From Bacteroidaceae bacterium (lineage in GTDB: Bacteria > Bacteroidota > Bacteroidia > Bacteroidales > Bacteroidaceae), in the NCBI GenBank assembly GCA_045576655.1, contig JAZNGW010000028.1, forward strand, positions 35,885 through 99,884: a stretch of DNA of 64,000 nucleotides, in the 5' to 3' direction. Made by a program: the position numbers and the translations under genes. This document shows positions 61,414 to 64,000 of this stretch, one piece after another (positions within the stretch are counted from its first letter, which is position 1; each line of letters opens with the position of its first letter). The notes under the pieces are model-generated. The model had not been told where the DNA came from, made no database searches, and was given only the letters and a program-made list of their open reading frames with translations.

Positions 61414-61797
61414 TTACCGATTATTGTACATTGCGACAGTCATTAATTGGGCTGCCAAAAATTTTCCGCTATCACAACCCGATTCCGCATTTTCCGCAAA
61501 CGCCTGCCATCCGCCTTGGATCAGACACATGTATGTATTTCTGAGAGTTCCGCACAAACACTCCAATTCTGCCATGTCTACCATCTCTTTGCCAACCATC
61601 TCCTTGAGAGCATCTGCCTGCTCCTGGAAACGAAGAAAAGCCTCACGATCTAATTGTAAATGATAAGGCGAGAACGCAAACAGATTTGAACAGGTCGCCT
61701 CACAGAAGTCCGAAAAATCCCTCGCATCCTTGGCGCATGCAAGTTTGCTCGAAACTGGCATAAGATCTTTTTCCGCAATTTTGTAATTCACATCCAT
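61414..61797 (-). CDS. Hypothetical 127-aa acidic, Cys-rich cytoplasmic protein
   Basis: Only sizeable ORF in a 1.5-kb stretch. No signal peptide, 8 Cys, no family recognised by eye. Confidence 0.45.
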   Translation of the reverse strand: MDVNYKIAEKDLMPVSSKLACAKDARDFSDFCEATCSNLFAFSPYHLQLDREAFLRFQEQADALKEMVGKEMVDMAELECLCGTLRNTYMCLIQGGWQAFAENAESGCDSGKFLAAQLMTVAMYNNR

Positions 61798-62125
61798 AAT
61801 CTATGCATGAATTTTTATTAATCTGATATGCAAAGAAAGCGAACAAAGAAAACTATTCGTTATCAATAAATTGATTTTATTTTCCCGTGCTTTTATTTCC
61901 ATTTCCTCTAAGTGTATATATGTAAGGAATTGCAAAAATCGTGTGGGACAGATCGAAGAAACACAGGCAAATCTGCGCCATTCTCATATGCATACATTAT
62001 AACCAGAGAGTGGCTATGAGGATACTCCCTATTCCGCTTATTACACTAAAAGCCAGCACTATCGCCCTAAAAGAAATCCGCTTAGCCTCGATGCAAAACC
62101 GCCAGCACTGCGCTCCTTACTTCCC

Positions 62126-62272
62126 GACCCTTCGCTGAAAACTATAAATAAAAGTAATATTTGTACAAATAATAGTTTTATTTATATAAATATTAGTTTT
62201 ATTCTTACAAATATAAGTTTTATTTATACTTTTCTCCGAGGAGGTATAAAATATTTAGCGGGGTGGAGGTGA
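62126..62272. repeat. AT-rich quasi-palindromic IR-bracketed element, copy 2 (flanks reversed relative to copy 1, inner 64 bp in same absolute orientation)
   Basis: IRs at 62137..62153 (one mismatch) and 62218..62234. Inner segment 62154..62217 is identical to 23610..23673. Confidence 0.8.
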
Positions 62273-62280
62273 GTTTCTAC

Positions 62281-62575
62281 CGAGGTGGCTGTTGTTTTCG
62301 GGCGGGCGAATCCCGTCCCTACGTTAACAACGGGAACGATAACGATAACGTTAACAACAATGCACGTGTAGGGGCAGACCAGTGTGTCTGCCCGAATGTA
62401 GTTGGAACCACAGATTTCGCAGATTCACGCAGATTATTTTTGAGACGGGAACGGGAATTGCTTTCGGGCGGACACGTAGGTCCGCACCCTACGACAATAA
62501 CGGGAACGATGCCGGTAACGGGAACAATGGTGACATCGTTGCGGGCGAGCAGACGTCGCTCTTACCTTCAGAACT
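62281..62575. repeat. Mosaic of dispersed word repeats (AACGGGAACG/ATAACG words, CAGATT words, GC hairpins)
   Basis: Examples: GGGCAGAC-cagtgt-GTCTGCCC (62372..62393), 'CCACAGATTTCGCAGATTCACGCAGATT' (62409..62436), and repeated 'AACGGGAACGAT'. Confidence 0.7.
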
Positions 62576-62795
62576 AAGCAATAGGCCGAAATGGAGAAGC
62601 TGCCATATCGAACTCATAATAATATTAAGCACTGACTCCGATTCCATTTCGGCATCCGTAATGTTAAAATATGACAAATTACAGCGAGGTGAAAGGGCAA
62701 ATCATCTGAATTTGTGAAAAAATATTTAATTTTGGAGTGTTAAAGAGGGGACACCGCATATTACGATGCCCGTATATATAATTTTCTCTCTATAT

Positions 62796-63908
62796 ATGGA
62801 ACAATATCACAAACTATTTTTCGCCGCAACCCTATCCCTCATTGCAGTAAGTCTATTCGCCTGGATTATCAAATGGTTTTATCGTCCGCGGGCTTACAAG
62901 GAACATTTCAGTCAGCTTTTCCCAGGACAATTCTACGTGGGACTATTGTTTTTGATGCAGGTTCTGGAATTGCCTTATCTATTGGACATGATAGACGTCA
63001 AGTCATTACGTTATGCCAATGCGTTCTCCATACTTCTTGCACCTCCGTTGATGCTGATAATCTGCCGCAAGTTCTTTTTCCCACGCGACAAATTCCGTTT
63101 TAAAGGGGTACACATGTTCGTGCCGGCATTCATATTCTTCATCATATTTCTGCTAAGGTCGATAGGCATATTGTCTTTTAATGAAACAGGAAGAAACATC
63201 GTGATATATTCAGCAGTGGCAATGTTTGCATGGTTCTTCTTCCATACCATACGGATGGCATTAAGAATCGGCAGGGTAATAAAAAGAATAGAACTATTGG
63301 AATATTCCGATGAAAGCGACTACGCAAAAACTTTTGCCAACTATGTGCAATGGATTCCGACATGCCTCTGCGTCATATCGCTTGTAAACTATTTATGCAA
63401 CAACCAATGGGTCAAATTTTCGTACGACATCATTTGCACCATCGCCACTGTGGGATTTGTAATGCTCACGCTCGACCCTTGGCGCGAAGTTGACTACGTT
63501 GAGGAAAAGCAGGTGCTTGATGACATTTCATCGTCTGAATCGTCAAAGCCTAAATGGAGAATGTCTGAATCAAGATACATCGCTCTCAGGGACAACCTGA
63601 TGACTCTTTTTGACGAGAAGAGAATATACCTCACACCTCATCTTTCGCTCGACATGCTGCTCAAGGAACTGTCAACCAACAGAAACTACCTGTGCGAGAC
63701 CATAGCGCGTAGCGGGTATAAATCGTTCTACGACATGGTCAACAGCTACAGGGTGAAGTACGCCATAGAGCTCATCAAGAACGAGCCGCAAGCCAAGATG
63801 GCCGACATAGCCGACAGGAGCGGTTTCGCATCAGCGGCATCAATGAACAAGGCATTCACCCAGCAGGGTCTGCCTACTCCGTCGAAGCACAGAAGCGAAA
63901 ATGATTAG
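62796..63908 (+). CDS. Membrane-anchored AraC-type HTH protein (multi-TM N-terminus + C-terminal HTH_18-like domain)
   Basis: About 6 hydrophobic helices, then 'LSLDMLLKELSTNRNYLCETIA...YRVKYAIELIKNEP.AKMADIADRSGFASAASMNKAF'. The start is 62766 or 62796. Confidence 0.7.
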   Translation: MEQYHKLFFAATLSLIAVSLFAWIIKWFYRPRAYKEHFSQLFPGQFYVGLLFLMQVLELPYLLDMIDVKSLRYANAFSILLAPPLMLIICRKFFFPRDKFRFKGVHMFVPAFIFFIIFLLRSIGILSFNETGRNIVIYSAVAMFAWFFFHTIRMALRIGRVIKRIELLEYSDESDYAKTFANYVQWIPTCLCVISLVNYLCNNQWVKFSYDIICTIATVGFVMLTLDPWREVDYVEEKQVLDDISSSESSKPKWRMSESRYIALRDNLMTLFDEKRIYLTPHLSLDMLLKELSTNRNYLCETIARSGYKSFYDMVNSYRVKYAIELIKNEPQAKMADIADRSGFASAASMNKAFTQQGLPTPSKHRSEND

Positions 63909-63946
63909 AAACCGGAAAGAGACATCATATATATGCATAAACAAAA

Positions 63947-63984
63947 ATAGCAGGAACCCTGACAGATTCCTGCTATTTTTGTTT
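63947..63984 (+). terminator. Rho-independent terminator
   Basis: ATAGCAGG ... CCTGCTAT stem followed by TTTTGTTT. Confidence 0.55.
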
Positions 63985-64000
63985 ATTCCCTGGCTTTTGA

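Noticed and set aside
49305-62125. Pilus region as an integrated mobile element or genomic island.
   Set aside because: Despite the lower GC of some genes, no integrase, transposase, tRNA attachment site or flanking direct repeats are visible. Only the compositional observation is reported.
62263-62717. ORFs of 104 and 111 aa in the spacer upstream of the membrane HTH gene.
   Set aside because: They are translations of the word-repeat mosaic (Gly/Asn/Arg/Thr-rich, e.g. 'NNGNDNDNVNNN'). The two overlap each other in different frames.

Overview
The window is a Bacteroidales-type chromosome segment, judged from T9SS C-terminal sorting domains, type V (Mfa/Fim-like) pilus genes, GLPGLI-family genes, lipoprotein signal peptides and TAnnTTTG-type -7 boxes.

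**Left edge (1-7 kb):** a permease fragment, recO, a CE12-like SGNH esterase, a large GH106-like hydrolase and an orphan lipoprotein.

**Core (7-47 kb):** an unusual glycan-harvesting locus with no SusC/SusD pair.
- Three paralogous giant T9SS cargo proteins share a ~750-aa N-terminal array but carry different catalytic heads. One has a clan GH-A 'Glyco_hydro_cc'-type core. Two have HExxH metallopeptidase plus ricin-like lectin domains.
- A 1544-aa beta-helix / FG-GAP-propeller T9SS protein, a GH97, and two GH29 fucosidase-type enzymes. One GH29 has a triplicated unknown C-terminal module.
- FucP, an embedded TonB-receptor-like gene plus 2x GLPGLI module, an AraC regulator, and an oxidative L-galactose-type catabolic operon (AKR, cog3618-type amidohydrolase, Zn-ADH, RhaM-like mutarotase).

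**Right part (47-64 kb):** an alpha/beta hydrolase, a DUF5106/thioredoxin-like gene, a 12-kb type V pilus operon whose accessory genes are visibly AT-richer, a Cys-rich orphan and a membrane-anchored AraC-type HTH protein.

I saw no rRNA, tRNA, CRISPR, transposase or integrase.

**Most notable non-coding signals:**
- A ~145-bp AT-rich element is present twice. Its 64-bp segment between 17-bp inverted repeats is flipped relative to its flanks between the two copies, which is an inverton-like footprint.
- Four dispersed arrays each hold four exactly 21-bp-phased quasi-palindromic units.
- There is a promoter-plus-terminator sRNA candidate.
- A perfect 16-bp hairpin sits right after the major pilin gene.

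All family assignments are by eye from motifs. No database searches were run.
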